From the NCBI GenBank assembly GCA_964646995.1, contig CAZYIF010000007.1:908-64907 (forward strand): a stretch of 64,000 bases of DNA, read 5' to 3'. The notes beneath the pieces were generated by a model. The model ran no database searches, was not told the origin of the DNA, and worked only from the letters and a program-made list of their open reading frames with translations. Position 1 is the first letter of the stretch; every line of letters begins with the position of its first letter. This DNA is from an uncultured Gammaproteobacteria bacterium (GTDB lineage Bacteria > Pseudomonadota > Gammaproteobacteria > CAZYIF01). Of this stretch, positions 49,399 to 58,848 are shown in pieces. The position numbers were made by a program, and so were the translations under genes.

Positions 49399-50310
49399 TC
49401 ATACCCTATTTCGATGCTCAGCAAGTACCTCATTGAGGATAGCCCAACAGCGTTTAGCTTCAACGTTATTGGGCTGAGTGAAGCCGGCCGCAACAACCAA
49501 TGATTTCCACAAGACCCAAGCACACCCACGCGCCCATGTGTCGTCATCGAGTGCAAGCTGCGCACGAAAAACTTCACGACTTTCCTCTTTAAATAGGGTC
49601 CAGGCAATGGCGAGATCGCAAGCGGGATCTCCTACAGCCAACTGTCCGAAATCGATGACAGCACTTAACTGTCCTTCTTGTATTAGCAGATTGCCAGCAC
49701 TCATATCACCATGCACCCACACCGGCGCACGCTGCCATGTGCTCGCAAGCGCAGACTCCCACACTTCAGTTGCCGTTTTAATATCTATCTTACTTTTTAG
49801 CGCAACCATTGCCTGCCGTGTCTCGGCATCGTAGGTAGAAAGCAATCCTCCACGATAGAAACTATGCAGTCCAGGCACAGGCCCACCGCTTGCATCGATG
49901 TGTTGTAGCGCAGAGAGAAACTGTGCGAGGCGGGCAGCAACATCGCGTAAATTAGCGATAGGTGCAGACGCAGCGGCTTCGCCTGGAAGATAACGATAGA
50001 TGGACCAGCGCCACGGGCAGTCATCGGTTGGTTCACCCATCGCCACCGGTGCTGGAATCGAAAGCGGTAGCAAGGGTGCCAACTTAGGTAACCATTGCTG
50101 TTCCTTTTCTACTTGTGCCGCGTAGCACGCAGCACTAGGTATACGAATAAGCTTATGCTCGCCCAGATGAAAAGTCCTATTATCCCAACCGCTGTGCGCA
50201 ACAGGTCGAACCGGTAAATCCTTCCATTGAGGAAACTGCATGTTCACCAAACGACGAGCCAATGTTTCGTCTATGCTTATCACGTCATCCATTTTAGCTA
50301 TTACCATCAC
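49399..50310 (-). CDS. Aminoglycoside-phosphotransferase (APH)-family kinase-like protein
   Basis: Catalytic loop VHGDMSAGNLL and IDFGQLAVGDPACDL are typical of the APH/choline-kinase fold. The start may be at MDDVISID (50292). Confidence 0.75.
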   Translation of the reverse strand: MMVIAKMDDVISIDETLARRLVNMQFPQWKDLPVRPVAHSGWDNRTFHLGEHKLIRIPSAACYAAQVEKEQQWLPKLAPLLPLSIPAPVAMGEPTDDCPWRWSIYRYLPGEAAASAPIANLRDVAARLAQFLSALQHIDASGGPVPGLHSFYRGGLLSTYDAETRQAMVALKSKIDIKTATEVWESALASTWQRAPVWVHGDMSAGNLLIQEGQLSAVIDFGQLAVGDPACDLAIAWTLFKEESREVFRAQLALDDDTWARGCAWVLWKSLVVAAGFTQPNNVEAKRCWAILNEVLAEHRNRV

Positions 50311-50370
50311 AATAGATTTACAATCAGGCGTTATACCGCTAGCGAATACGTGAGGTACTGCGGCTAGTCA

Positions 50371-51339
50371 CTAGTCGCTGGCAGCTAAAAACTCCGCGAG
50401 TACGCTCGCGGCTAAGCGTGCCGTCATGCCGTCGTGATCAAAGGGTGGCGACAATTCAACGATATCCATACTCACTACTTTTTGACTGGCCGCTATGCTA
50501 CGCACGACAGGCAAAACATGCTGTGGCCACAAACCCAATACTTGCGGTGCGCTCACCCCTGGCGCCACCGCAGCAGCAAATACATCTAAACATACACTGA
50601 GATAAATCGCTTTGTGCCGATCAATAAAGGCTTGTACTTCCTCCACCGTTTGTTGCATAGTCTGCTGTTGTATCTGCTCAGCGAATAGATAATGCGTATG
50701 TAGTCCGCGCGCTGTCGCAAACAACGAGCGGGTATTAGCCAGTGGCTGTATGCCTAAACACAGATAAGAAAAATCCATCCCGCGTTGCTGTCTGTCCATT
50801 GCGATTTGATAAAAGGGCGTTCCCGAGGTTCCTAAGCCATGCACGTTTGGCTGACGCAAATCAAAATGCGCGTCGATGTTGATAATACCTAAGCTCGCAT
50901 GGCTTTCTGCGCGCGCGATCCCTAAGTAATGTCCCCATGCTGTCTCATGTCCCCCGCCTAATACCACGGGTTTAACTCCTTGTTGCAGCAAGCGCGTCAC
51001 CACCGTGGCCAATTGTTCTTGTGCTGCTTCTAACGCGTCCTCTTGACAATAGATGTTGCCCACATCGAAATACTGTGCAACAGGATCCGTTGTCAACGAA
51101 AAATTGGCTAATGCGTTGCGTAATGCATTGGCGCCTTGAGCACTACCGACACGGCCCAAATTACGCTTAATGCCGCTGTCTACGCAAAAACCCACCATGG
51201 CGTAATCACCGGGACACGGGGTAAACGTCTGCTCTTGCAAGTTGATACAACGCACCACTTGGTAATAACGCTCCCTGGCTTGACTATCACTGCGCCCCTG
51301 CCAACTATTTGGATCAACTGCTTGATAAGATGCTTGCAT
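50371..51339 (-). CDS. hutG: Formimidoylglutamase (arginase superfamily)
   Basis: NSWQGRSD N-terminal signature. Metal-site motifs GGGHE, NIDAHFDL and CLDVFA. Divergent from hutI. Confidence 0.8.
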   Translation of the reverse strand: MQASYQAVDPNSWQGRSDSQARERYYQVVRCINLQEQTFTPCPGDYAMVGFCVDSGIKRNLGRVGSAQGANALRNALANFSLTTDPVAQYFDVGNIYCQEDALEAAQEQLATVVTRLLQQGVKPVVLGGGHETAWGHYLGIARAESHASLGIINIDAHFDLRQPNVHGLGTSGTPFYQIAMDRQQRGMDFSYLCLGIQPLANTRSLFATARGLHTHYLFAEQIQQQTMQQTVEEVQAFIDRHKAIYLSVCLDVFAAAVAPGVSAPQVLGLWPQHVLPVVRSIAASQKVVSMDIVELSPPFDHDGMTARLAASVLAEFLAASD

Positions 51340-51535
51340 CGTGCTTTACTCCGCTTAAATGAACACAACATCGGCATGTGGTAACAGACAACAACTCGCC
51401 AGGATACAACCGACACCTGCTATCAGCGGCGATTAAACCGCATCTACAGCGCCAGCACAAGATGACAGGCCGTTTACGCCACCAACGGGGAAAGTTTGGC
51501 AGTCGATACACCGCGAACAATGAGGAGTACACACA

Positions 51536-52780
51536 ATGACACCCTCTGCACTGTGGGACAGCGTATGGTTAGGTGGTCACATCGCCACGCTAGCGCCCCA
51601 TCACGAAGCATACGGCATCATTAAGAACGCAGCGATTGCGGTGCGTAACGGCAAAATTTGCTGGCTGGGTAAATTACGTGATCTACCGCCGCAGTATATT
51701 CAACACACCCAAAATATTTATGACTTTAGTAAACAATGGTTAACACCAGGTCTCATCGATTGTCACACCCACTTAATCTATGCCGGCAATCGCGCGACTG
51801 AATTTGAGCAACGCCTGCAAGGCATAGACTACGCAACCATTGCAAAACAAGGTGGCGGCATCCAAGCAACCGTCAATGCCACACGTCAAGCCGACGCCGA
51901 TCAATTACTGCAACTGGCCAGCAAACGCCTCGGCTGTTTGTTGCGCGAAGGAGTAACAACAGTAGAAATCAAATCGGGTTATGGCTTAAATGCAGAAAAC
52001 GAATATAAACTCCTACGCTGCGCACGCCGTTTAGGCGAAATCTTGCCGGTACAGGTACGCTGTACCTTCCTCGGTGCGCACGCGGTACCTGCTGAGTTGC
52101 ATGGTCAAGCGGATCGCTATATCGATCAGGTGTGTGACATGCTGCCTGAGATCAAGACACAAGGTTTAGCCGATGCGGTAGACGCATTTTGTGAAACCAT
52201 CGCGTTTACACCAGCGCAGGTAACTCGCGTGTTCCGCACCGCAGCCAGTCTAGGCTTGCCCGTTAAATTACACGCCGATCAATTATCGGATAGTCACGGC
52301 GCTAAATTAGCCGCTGACTTCGCTGCACTCTCTGCCGACCACCTGGAATACAGCAATGAACATGGCATCAAAGCACTCGCTGCTGCGGGTACCGTCGCCG
52401 TGTTATTACCTGCCGCCTTTTACTTTTTACGCGAACAACAAATGCCACCACTTGCCCTATTACGCCGCCATCAAGTGCCCTGGGCATTAGCCACCGACAG
52501 TAATCCGGGCAGTGCGCCGGTGTTGTCTTTATTGTTGATTTTAAATATGGCGTGTACGCTGTGGCGTGTCACACCCGAAGAAGCATTACTCGGTGTCACA
52601 CGGCATGCCGCTATGGCGCTGGGCTTAGGTGATAGCCACGGCAGTCTCGCGCTGGGTAAAGTTGCTGATTTCGCATTGTGGGACATAGAACACCCAGCTG
52701 AACTTGCTTATTGGATAGGCGCAAATCCCTGCGTAGGTCGTGTGCTAGCAGGAAAACCCGTTATCACCACTGCCCAGTAG
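51536..52780 (+). CDS. hutI: Imidazolonepropionase
   Basis: 414 aa, amidohydrolase fold. [19 protein letters not shown] and KLHADQL motifs. Confidence 0.92.
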   Translation: MTPSALWDSVWLGGHIATLAPHHEAYGIIKNAAIAVRNGKICWLGKLRDLPPQYIQHTQNIYDFSKQWLTPGLIDCHTHLIYAGNRATEFEQRLQGIDYATIAKQGGGIQATVNATRQADADQLLQLASKRLGCLLREGVTTVEIKSGYGLNAENEYKLLRCARRLGEILPVQVRCTFLGAHAVPAELHGQADRYIDQVCDMLPEIKTQGLADAVDAFCETIAFTPAQVTRVFRTAASLGLPVKLHADQLSDSHGAKLAADFAALSADHLEYSNEHGIKALAAAGTVAVLLPAAFYFLREQQMPPLALLRRHQVPWALATDSNPGSAPVLSLLLILNMACTLWRVTPEEALLGVTRHAAMALGLGDSHGSLALGKVADFALWDIEHPAELAYWIGANPCVGRVLAGKPVITTAQ

Positions 52781-52791
52781 CGCATCACATC

Positions 52792-52957
52792 AACTGCTGA
52801 ATAGTTACCCTTGATTTTACGCCTACCCAGTAAAACGGGGCTTTACGGCGCCGCAGGATAGATACGCGATTATCCCCTGGGGAATCCCCATCGCGTAAAG
52901 AAAACACAGCGTTTTCAAGAAAAATCACGCCATTTTTAAAATTCGCTGAATAGTTAC
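52792..52957 (+). repeat. Family A element, type I (the copy used as reference orientation)
   Basis: GCTGAATAGTTACCCTTGATTTTACGCCTACCCAGTAAAACGGGGCTTTACGGCG...GATACGCGATTATCCCCTGGGGAATCCCCATCGCGTAAAGAAAAC...TTTTCAAG...GCTGAATAGTTAC. It starts 12 nt after the hutI stop. Confidence 0.9.
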
Positions 52958-53048
52958 TAATTACAGTTAAACAAACTTCGCTGTTCCGATTTTCAGTACC
53001 ACCTTTTTACGTTAGAATGAGCGCAAGCATGCTTGGAGATATAGCACT

Positions 53049-53468
53049 ATGCACACAGCCCTTGTTCTCGCTGTTATTACTTTAATTCTCGGCCAAGTCC
53101 TCATCAAAGTGATTGTGGAGCCCGCGCAAGTGGCAAGGAGAACAATTGCGGAGATCGCACGAGCACTGATCTACTATCAAAATGTTTATGCGGATCCAGG
53201 CAATCGGCACAGCGCTAAAATAGAAAGTGAAGCACATACCGCATTACGCAACCTCGCCTCGGAATTAGCCGTCGGTAATTACATGATTCCTTCGTATACC
53301 TTGATAGCTAGACTGTTTGCCTTACCTTCGCATGAGGATTGTGAAAAAGCACGCAGCGAATTAATTGCCTTATCTAATAATGTCTACAGTGAAAACAAGG
53401 CACGTCGTGAAATCGGCACGAGTACAATGCAAAATATCCGTCATCTACTAAAAATTAATGATACTTAA
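53049..53468 (+). CDS. Hypothetical protein with an N-terminal TM helix
   Basis: 139 aa with a GGAGA RBS. MHTALVLAVITLILGQVLIKVIV anchor followed by a helical soluble part. No family recognised. Confidence 0.55.
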   Translation: MHTALVLAVITLILGQVLIKVIVEPAQVARRTIAEIARALIYYQNVYADPGNRHSAKIESEAHTALRNLASELAVGNYMIPSYTLIARLFALPSHEDCEKARSELIALSNNVYSENKARREIGTSTMQNIRHLLKINDT

Positions 53469-53495
53469 ACACCGCCCATCGCAGAGGAACATCCG

Positions 53496-54026
53496 ATGAA
53501 AAAAACCGTTTCCTACTTGTTGCTGTCATCCCTGTTATGGCTAACAGCATGCAGCGGAAATTACTACACCACCGGCATACCACCGAGTACCACCGCTCGA
53601 CAAACAGCATTCGCTTATCTACCCACGCAGGATGACAGACTGCAAATCGTGCGAGTAGGCGACAGCGTGCGTTACATCCTGGCCAATGACGCTATATTTT
53701 TTGATAACAGTCCTGAAATAAGATCCAGTGCTTATCCCTTATTAAATAAACTCAGTCGTGAATTGGCTCTCTATCTGCCAACCACGATACGCATTGCGGC
53801 ATACACTGATAATATCCCCGCTGCGACCCAACAACGCATTCTCTCTGCACAGCGCGCCACCAGTTTAAAAGCCTATTTTTGGTCGCGCGATCTCGACCCG
53901 CACTGCTTAACCACAGCAACTGTCGGCTCCACAAACCCAGTTGCCGATAATCGTTCGTTTCTAGGGCAACGCTATAACAGACGTACTGAAATCAGTTTAA
54001 TGACTGAAAAAATGTCGCACTGCTAG
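53496..54026 (+). CDS. OmpA-C-like peptidoglycan-associated lipoprotein
   Basis: GAGGA RBS. Lipoprotein signal MKKTVSYLLLSSLLWLTAC. C-terminal OmpA-like segment (IAAYTDN...LSAQRATSLKAYF...NRRTEISL). Confidence 0.7.
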   Translation: MKKTVSYLLLSSLLWLTACSGNYYTTGIPPSTTARQTAFAYLPTQDDRLQIVRVGDSVRYILANDAIFFDNSPEIRSSAYPLLNKLSRELALYLPTTIRIAAYTDNIPAATQQRILSAQRATSLKAYFWSRDLDPHCLTTATVGSTNPVADNRSFLGQRYNRRTEISLMTEKMSHC

Positions 54027-54122
54027 GTAACCATTCCACTTCAAAATGCGATCTTTGCATTTTGCAGTGTCCTCTACGCGATGGGGTTTCCCAAGGGGAG
54101 ACTTGCGATTCTCCTCTTGGGT
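54027..54122 (+). repeat. Family A element, type II left half
   Basis: GTAACCATTCCACTTCAAAATGCGATCTTTGCATTTTGCAGTGTCCTCTACGCGATGGGGTTTCCCAAGGGGAG. It begins at the base after the TAG stop of the upstream gene. Confidence 0.85.
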
Positions 54123-54161
54123 GACCGTGCACACATACTTTGTGTAGGTCTAAAAACAGGA

Positions 54162-54214
54162 TATACCGCGCGACTTACCCATCAAAGTTCGCATCTTGAA
54201 GTACGAGCGGTATA
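54162..54214. mobile_element. IS630-derived ~55-bp MITE (family C), inverted relative to 19594-19648
   Basis: TATACCGCGCGACTTACCCATCAAAGTTCGCATCTTGAAGTACGAGCGGTATA. Confidence 0.8.
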
Positions 54215-54318
54215 TGCCCGTAGCGAATCATTTTTAGGTGCTGGCGTAAAATTTTTGTTCCGCGATCATATCACTATCACCCCTAAATATCATTCGCTAC
54301 GGGTATATTTGCTAGATC

Positions 54319-55311
54319 TCACGCCATACGAGCGGATGCGACCAACGGAATGTGTACCGCAGAAGGAAAACGCATTACCGCCAAATCTAAACCCATCATC
54401 GGCAGTACAGCCCCATTGCCGCGCTGATAATCATTCAACAAATCCGGTAATCGATAATAATAAATGTTGCTTTGTTCACCGGCTAACGCAGTCAACGATC
54501 CACGCGCCCACACATCGGCACGTGCACTACCACGGGTATTCACTGCGATATCTTGTGCGCGCAAATACCTGGCGTCTAACAAAGCGTGTTGCGTTAACAC
54601 CACGTGCATATCTTGCACTACACCGGCAAGATATGCCTGGGCATTGCCATAACCGCTGATCTGCAAACGACAACTGTCTAACCAGTTCATATATAGCCGA
54701 CCCTCGCCATGATAGGACAAATGATCCAAACGACTAACGCCACTCAGGCGCACGTGGCTATGTCCGCCTAATTCAATATCCATACTGGGTGTCGCCACCG
54801 AACTTATTTTTACGTCACCCGAGCCATGACTGTAGAGATGATGCAATGGCAATTGCATGCCTTCCAATACCGTGGCGCCTTGGTTCTCTAACGCCAGCGT
54901 TAAACCATCGCTCTTCAAATTAATGCCAGTCAACGCGCCTTTGCCGCTGTAGTACAAATAGCTTAAATCATCCATATACACTAATACTAACGAATTACGT
55001 TGCGCTTGTGGCCATCCTAAAAACTTGCCTATCTCCTTACGCGTACACTCGGGGTTGGCGCACAGATACAAGGTATGATTGCTTACCTTGGCATATACCG
55101 GACGTTGCAGCTGTGGAATAGCCAACGTATGACGCCGTTTGCCGCCAACAATCTCTACATCTAAATCACCGACAATACGCAACGCAGAAAAAGGCGCTAA
55201 TGCCGTCGTCTGTCTGGCCGCAGGTGACAACGGCTGCGCGCTGGCGCAATGTATCGACGCTACACTCAGCAACAACACCAGCCACCGTACGCATAAATGA
55301 TAATAACGCAT
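54319..55311 (-). CDS. Secreted protein with repeated beta-strand modules (possibly DUF2807/adhesin-head-like)
   Basis: 330 aa. Signal peptide MRYYHLCVRWLVLLLSVASIHCASA. Recurring G-x-G-x-V/L strand motifs (HGSGDVKIS, HGEGRLYMN, GYGNAQAYL). The family assignment is from memory only. Confidence 0.45.
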   Translation of the reverse strand: MRYYHLCVRWLVLLLSVASIHCASAQPLSPAARQTTALAPFSALRIVGDLDVEIVGGKRRHTLAIPQLQRPVYAKVSNHTLYLCANPECTRKEIGKFLGWPQAQRNSLVLVYMDDLSYLYYSGKGALTGINLKSDGLTLALENQGATVLEGMQLPLHHLYSHGSGDVKISSVATPSMDIELGGHSHVRLSGVSRLDHLSYHGEGRLYMNWLDSCRLQISGYGNAQAYLAGVVQDMHVVLTQHALLDARYLRAQDIAVNTRGSARADVWARGSLTALAGEQSNIYYYRLPDLLNDYQRGNGAVLPMMGLDLAVMRFPSAVHIPLVASARMA

Positions 55312-55342
55312 AAATAATCCCCTTTATCACACTCTCGTTATG

Positions 55343-55487
55343 CCTTGATTGCCTACCCAGTAAAACTCGGCTTAACGGCACTCAAGGAAGAATCGCGATT
55401 CTCGCCTTGAGAATCCCCATCGCGTAGAGAAAACAGATATTTTTACCTTGCAAATAAACAGCAGCCTCAAATTTGCTGAATAGTTAC
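55343..55487 (+). repeat. Family A element, type I
   Basis: CCTTGATTGCCTACCCAGTAAAACTCGGCTTAACGGCACTCAAGGAAGAATCGCGATTCTCGCCTTGAGAATCCCCATCGCGTAGAGAAAAC...TTTGCTGAATAGTTAC. The terminal TAA (55486-55484, minus strand) is the stop codon of the TPR-methyltransferase gene. Confidence 0.9.
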
Positions 55488-57184
55488 GTCCTCAGTACAC
55501 AACATAATCCGTCTAACCAGGCGCCTTCCTGCATGCGTAACCGACTCTTTTGTTGGCACACAACATTCAATCCCGTTTGCGCCGCCAACGCTACAATGTA
55601 ATCCCTGTGATGCGCAAAACGTCCGCTGCCCAATAGCTGATACGGCGCACCGTCGCTGCATTCTACACTAAAAACAAATAAACCACCGTCGCGCAATAAG
55701 CTGCTTACTTGAGTAAACACCCGGTGCAAATCACCTATATACACCAATACATCAGCAGCCACAATCACATCAAAATCCGCACCTCGCAAAGGCAGTTGTT
55801 GTATATTGGCCTGCACTAAGGCATCGTATAGTCCCTTGTGCTGCGCCTTGCCAAGCATCTTAGCAGAAAGATCAACCCCTAATAAATAGGATTTCTCTGC
55901 AGCAAACACTTGCCCACTCAAACCACTACCACAACCTAGGTCTAAAATCACCAAGCCAGCGTGTGGTACAGACCAATGCTGCGCTGCTAATTCATACAGG
56001 AACTGTGGTACGCAATAATGCAAACCGGCTTGTGCATGTTGATCAAAATAACCCGCGTAGTTATCAAATAACGCTTGTACGTAGGATACTGGTGCAGTAA
56101 CCGGGGCACAGTCTTTAGTCTGCAACAATGCACATAACGCATAATCCGCTAATACATTGCCCGGCTGTAATATCAGCACTTGTTGGTAATGCTTAATCGC
56201 TTGCGCAGGATCTTGCAAGCGCAGAAAACAAGCCGCCAGATTATTATGCGCGTCAATATGCTGTGGTTGACGGGATAAGGTATGTTGGTAATGCGTTACG
56301 GCCAAAGACAAACGTCCCTGCCCCATGTAAGCTACCGCCAAATTATAATGTAGCTCTGGATCGTCTGCAGAATGCTGCAAACACAGTTCATAGTGATAAA
56401 CCGCTTCGGTAAAGCGATCCAACTGTAAAAAACAAGCCGCCATATTTCTACGTGTCGTGTCGTGTTCCGGTTGTAATGCCAAGGCGCTCGCTAAATGCGG
56501 TAAAGCAGCCTGATAGTGCTGCATGCCAAACAGGCAAGCGGCCAAATTATTGTAATTGTCTACTTCTCTAGGCACTAATGTAATGAGCGTTGCATAATGC
56601 GTAGCAGCAGTTGCAAATTGTTGCGCTTGATAATACCACGCGGCTAACTGACGATGTGCGGCTACATCTTCCGGTGCTAAGGCCAACACACGCTGACATT
56701 CGACTACAGCTTGCGCTGCCTCGCCCTGCTGCAGTAACAACTGCGCCAAATGCTTACGTGCCTCAATATAGTTGGGGTTATAGCCAAGGGCAAACTCATA
56801 GTGTTTTTTAGCGGCAAACGCGTTACCTTGTTTGACATACGCATTTGCTAAATTGTGGTGTGCTTCAGGGTAGCACGACGTAATCTGCAACGCGTGTTGA
56901 TAACTCGTTATGGCTTCATCCACGCGCTGCTGCCGCAATAAAATATTACCTTGGCTGTTATACAAGCTCGCATCGTCATGCGTTGCGGTTAGCGCGGTTT
57001 GGATATAGGCTAACGCCTCCGCTGGCGTGTGGCTCTCTGCAGCGATGATCGCCAATGCATGCAATACTTCACTGTCTTGGGGATAGTCGTGCAACAAAGC
57101 AAGATACACCGCACGTGCCTCGGCTAACTGACCACGCTGCAACAGCGTTAACGCCTGTGCATAGCGCGCATCAACCGACGTCAT
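55484..57184 (-). CDS. TPR-repeat protein fused to a class I SAM-dependent methyltransferase domain
   Basis: Start at ATG 57184 (MTSVDARYAQAL). About 10 TPR units. Methyltransferase motif I VILDLGCGSGLSG. Overlaps the rdgB 3' end by 14 nt. Confidence 0.75.
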   Translation of the reverse strand: MTSVDARYAQALTLLQRGQLAEARAVYLALLHDYPQDSEVLHALAIIAAESHTPAEALAYIQTALTATHDDASLYNSQGNILLRQQRVDEAITSYQHALQITSCYPEAHHNLANAYVKQGNAFAAKKHYEFALGYNPNYIEARKHLAQLLLQQGEAAQAVVECQRVLALAPEDVAAHRQLAAWYYQAQQFATAATHYATLITLVPREVDNYNNLAACLFGMQHYQAALPHLASALALQPEHDTTRRNMAACFLQLDRFTEAVYHYELCLQHSADDPELHYNLAVAYMGQGRLSLAVTHYQHTLSRQPQHIDAHNNLAACFLRLQDPAQAIKHYQQVLILQPGNVLADYALCALLQTKDCAPVTAPVSYVQALFDNYAGYFDQHAQAGLHYCVPQFLYELAAQHWSVPHAGLVILDLGCGSGLSGQVFAAEKSYLLGVDLSAKMLGKAQHKGLYDALVQANIQQLPLRGADFDVIVAADVLVYIGDLHRVFTQVSSLLRDGGLFVFSVECSDGAPYQLLGSGRFAHHRDYIVALAAQTGLNVVCQQKSRLRMQEGAWLDGLCCVLRT

Positions 57185-57764
57185 GACGCAACCGCTCAAG
57201 CATCATACGTAATGCCTGACCGCGATGGCTCAACACATTTTTTTGCTGCGTCGTTAGCTGTGCTGCACTGCACATATGCTCCGGCACACCAAATATAGGA
57301 TCATAACCAAAGCCACCCTCGCCTTGTGCGTGTAGCAAAATAGTCCCCTCCCACACCCCTTCACAAATAATGGGAGTAGGATCCGCGCTGTGACGCAGAT
57401 AAACCAAGACACAACGGAAACGTGCTCGACGCTGGGTCTGCCCCACTAACGCTTGTAGCAGCTTGTGCACATTCGCTTGAGCACTAGACTGTTCGCCGGC
57501 ATAACGCGCTGAGCGTACACCCGGTGCGCCGTGTAATGCATCGACTTCTAAACCGGAATCATCCGCTAAGCTCGGTAGACCCGTTACTTCACTGGCGTGA
57601 CGCGCCTTGATCAACGCGTTTTCTACAAACGTTAATGCCGTTTCTGCTATCGACGTAACACCGTATTCACTCTGTCCAACCACCGTATAATTCAGTGTAG
57701 ATAACCCCTGATTAAATTCATGTAATTTACCCGTATTGGTTGAGGCTAAAATCAGTGTTTTCAT
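57171..57764 (-). CDS. rdgB: dITP/XTP pyrophosphatase (RdgB/HAM1 family)
   Basis: MKTLILASTNTGKLHEF, DDSGLEVDAL and GFGYDPIF motifs. Confidence 0.92.
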   Translation of the reverse strand: MKTLILASTNTGKLHEFNQGLSTLNYTVVGQSEYGVTSIAETALTFVENALIKARHASEVTGLPSLADDSGLEVDALHGAPGVRSARYAGEQSSAQANVHKLLQALVGQTQRRARFRCVLVYLRHSADPTPIICEGVWEGTILLHAQGEGGFGYDPIFGVPEHMCSAAQLTTQQKNVLSHRGQALRMMLERLRHDVG

Positions 57765-57803
57765 TAGCGCATGTCTCCTGTAACGAGCGTACTATACCTA
57801 CTA

Positions 57804-58103
57804 TCAATGCACCACGAATAACGCAGTATAGGCACCCTCGCGAAATGCATGAAAGAACGCATCCAATTCGGGATGCTCCACCGGCACAGGATTGCTATCC
57901 AGAAATAAGTTGCCCTCGGCGACATAGGTGCGGTGCGCTGCATTGTGCACTAAGGTATGATACCAAGGCTTGTACTTAGGCGGAGAGGCATTGCCAACCT
58001 GGTGATACCACGCCTCTTCGCCTTCAATGATTACGCCACGGTAATAAAATAATTGGTGGTAGACAATTTGTCCTATGCAAAACTTAGCGTGTGTCATCGC
58101 CAT
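57804..58103 (-). CDS. hspQ: Heat-shock protein HspQ (YccV, hemimethylated-DNA-binding domain)
   Basis: 99 aa. KFCIGQIVYHQLFYYRGVII...PWYHTLV...TYVAEGNL is collinear with E. coli HspQ as I recall it. Confidence 0.8.
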   Translation of the reverse strand: MAMTHAKFCIGQIVYHQLFYYRGVIIEGEEAWYHQVGNASPPKYKPWYHTLVHNAAHRTYVAEGNLFLDSNPVPVEHPELDAFFHAFREGAYTALFVVH

Positions 58104-58195
58104 CTTGTACCTCTAGCGGTATAGCCAACCAGAACCCAAACCACAGCTGCACCGCTGTAACACTTCACCCTGCGCTACACCTTGTGCTTACACGG

Positions 58196-58639
58196 CTAAG
58201 AAACTAAACGTACCGCTAATACATCACACGGTGCCTCGTGCAAAATAGCATTCACCGTTGAACCAAACAATAAATGAAAGCCATGTCGGGTATGACTACC
58301 GACAATAATCAAGTCTACATTTAGCTGCTTGGCTGCAGTCAACAATACCATTTTGGGGACACCCACTTTAACGTGACAATCTGCCGTAGCGACGGCTAAC
58401 CTGGCACCACATAAGGCTAATTGTTTTTGGCTCTCTTCCAGCAATTGCCCTTCCAGATCCGCTAGAATCGGATAAGCAAACGCCGCCCCGTAACTCGCAT
58501 TGGTGATGTGTTCCACCGCATGGATCAAACTGATTTTAGCACCGGTATCTTGTTGAATTTGTAAGGCACGTTGCTCGGTCGTTTGATCGTTCTCGGGATG
58601 TAAATCCAATGCAAGCAAAATATGTTTATAGCAGTTCAT
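58196..58639 (-). CDS. Universal stress protein (UspA family)
   Basis: 147 aa with a strong GGAGGAGAGGG RBS. YKHILLALDL... and DLIIVGSHTRHG motifs. Confidence 0.85.
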   Translation of the reverse strand: MNCYKHILLALDLHPENDQTTEQRALQIQQDTGAKISLIHAVEHITNASYGAAFAYPILADLEGQLLEESQKQLALCGARLAVATADCHVKVGVPKMVLLTAAKQLNVDLIIVGSHTRHGFHLLFGSTVNAILHEAPCDVLAVRLVS

Positions 58640-58848
58640 GTTCCCTCTCCTCCATTTCAGGTCACCACAACACAGTCAGCGCCGTCAACACCCCTGTCCT
58701 GTGCAGGCGAGGCAACATTGTCACATAAAAACCCACAAACTGCTATGTCTATGCGGTACGCGCAGCAGGACAAAACAATCAATCTACAAACGACTGTACG
58801 TCATGCTAAGCTTCGCCTATCTGTACAGATTACACGCAGGAATACAAG

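Noticed and set aside
50371-52780. hutG/hutI present without hutU/hutH, as a possible truncated pathway
   Set aside because: hutU and hutH may simply lie elsewhere in the genome, and this cannot be judged from one window.
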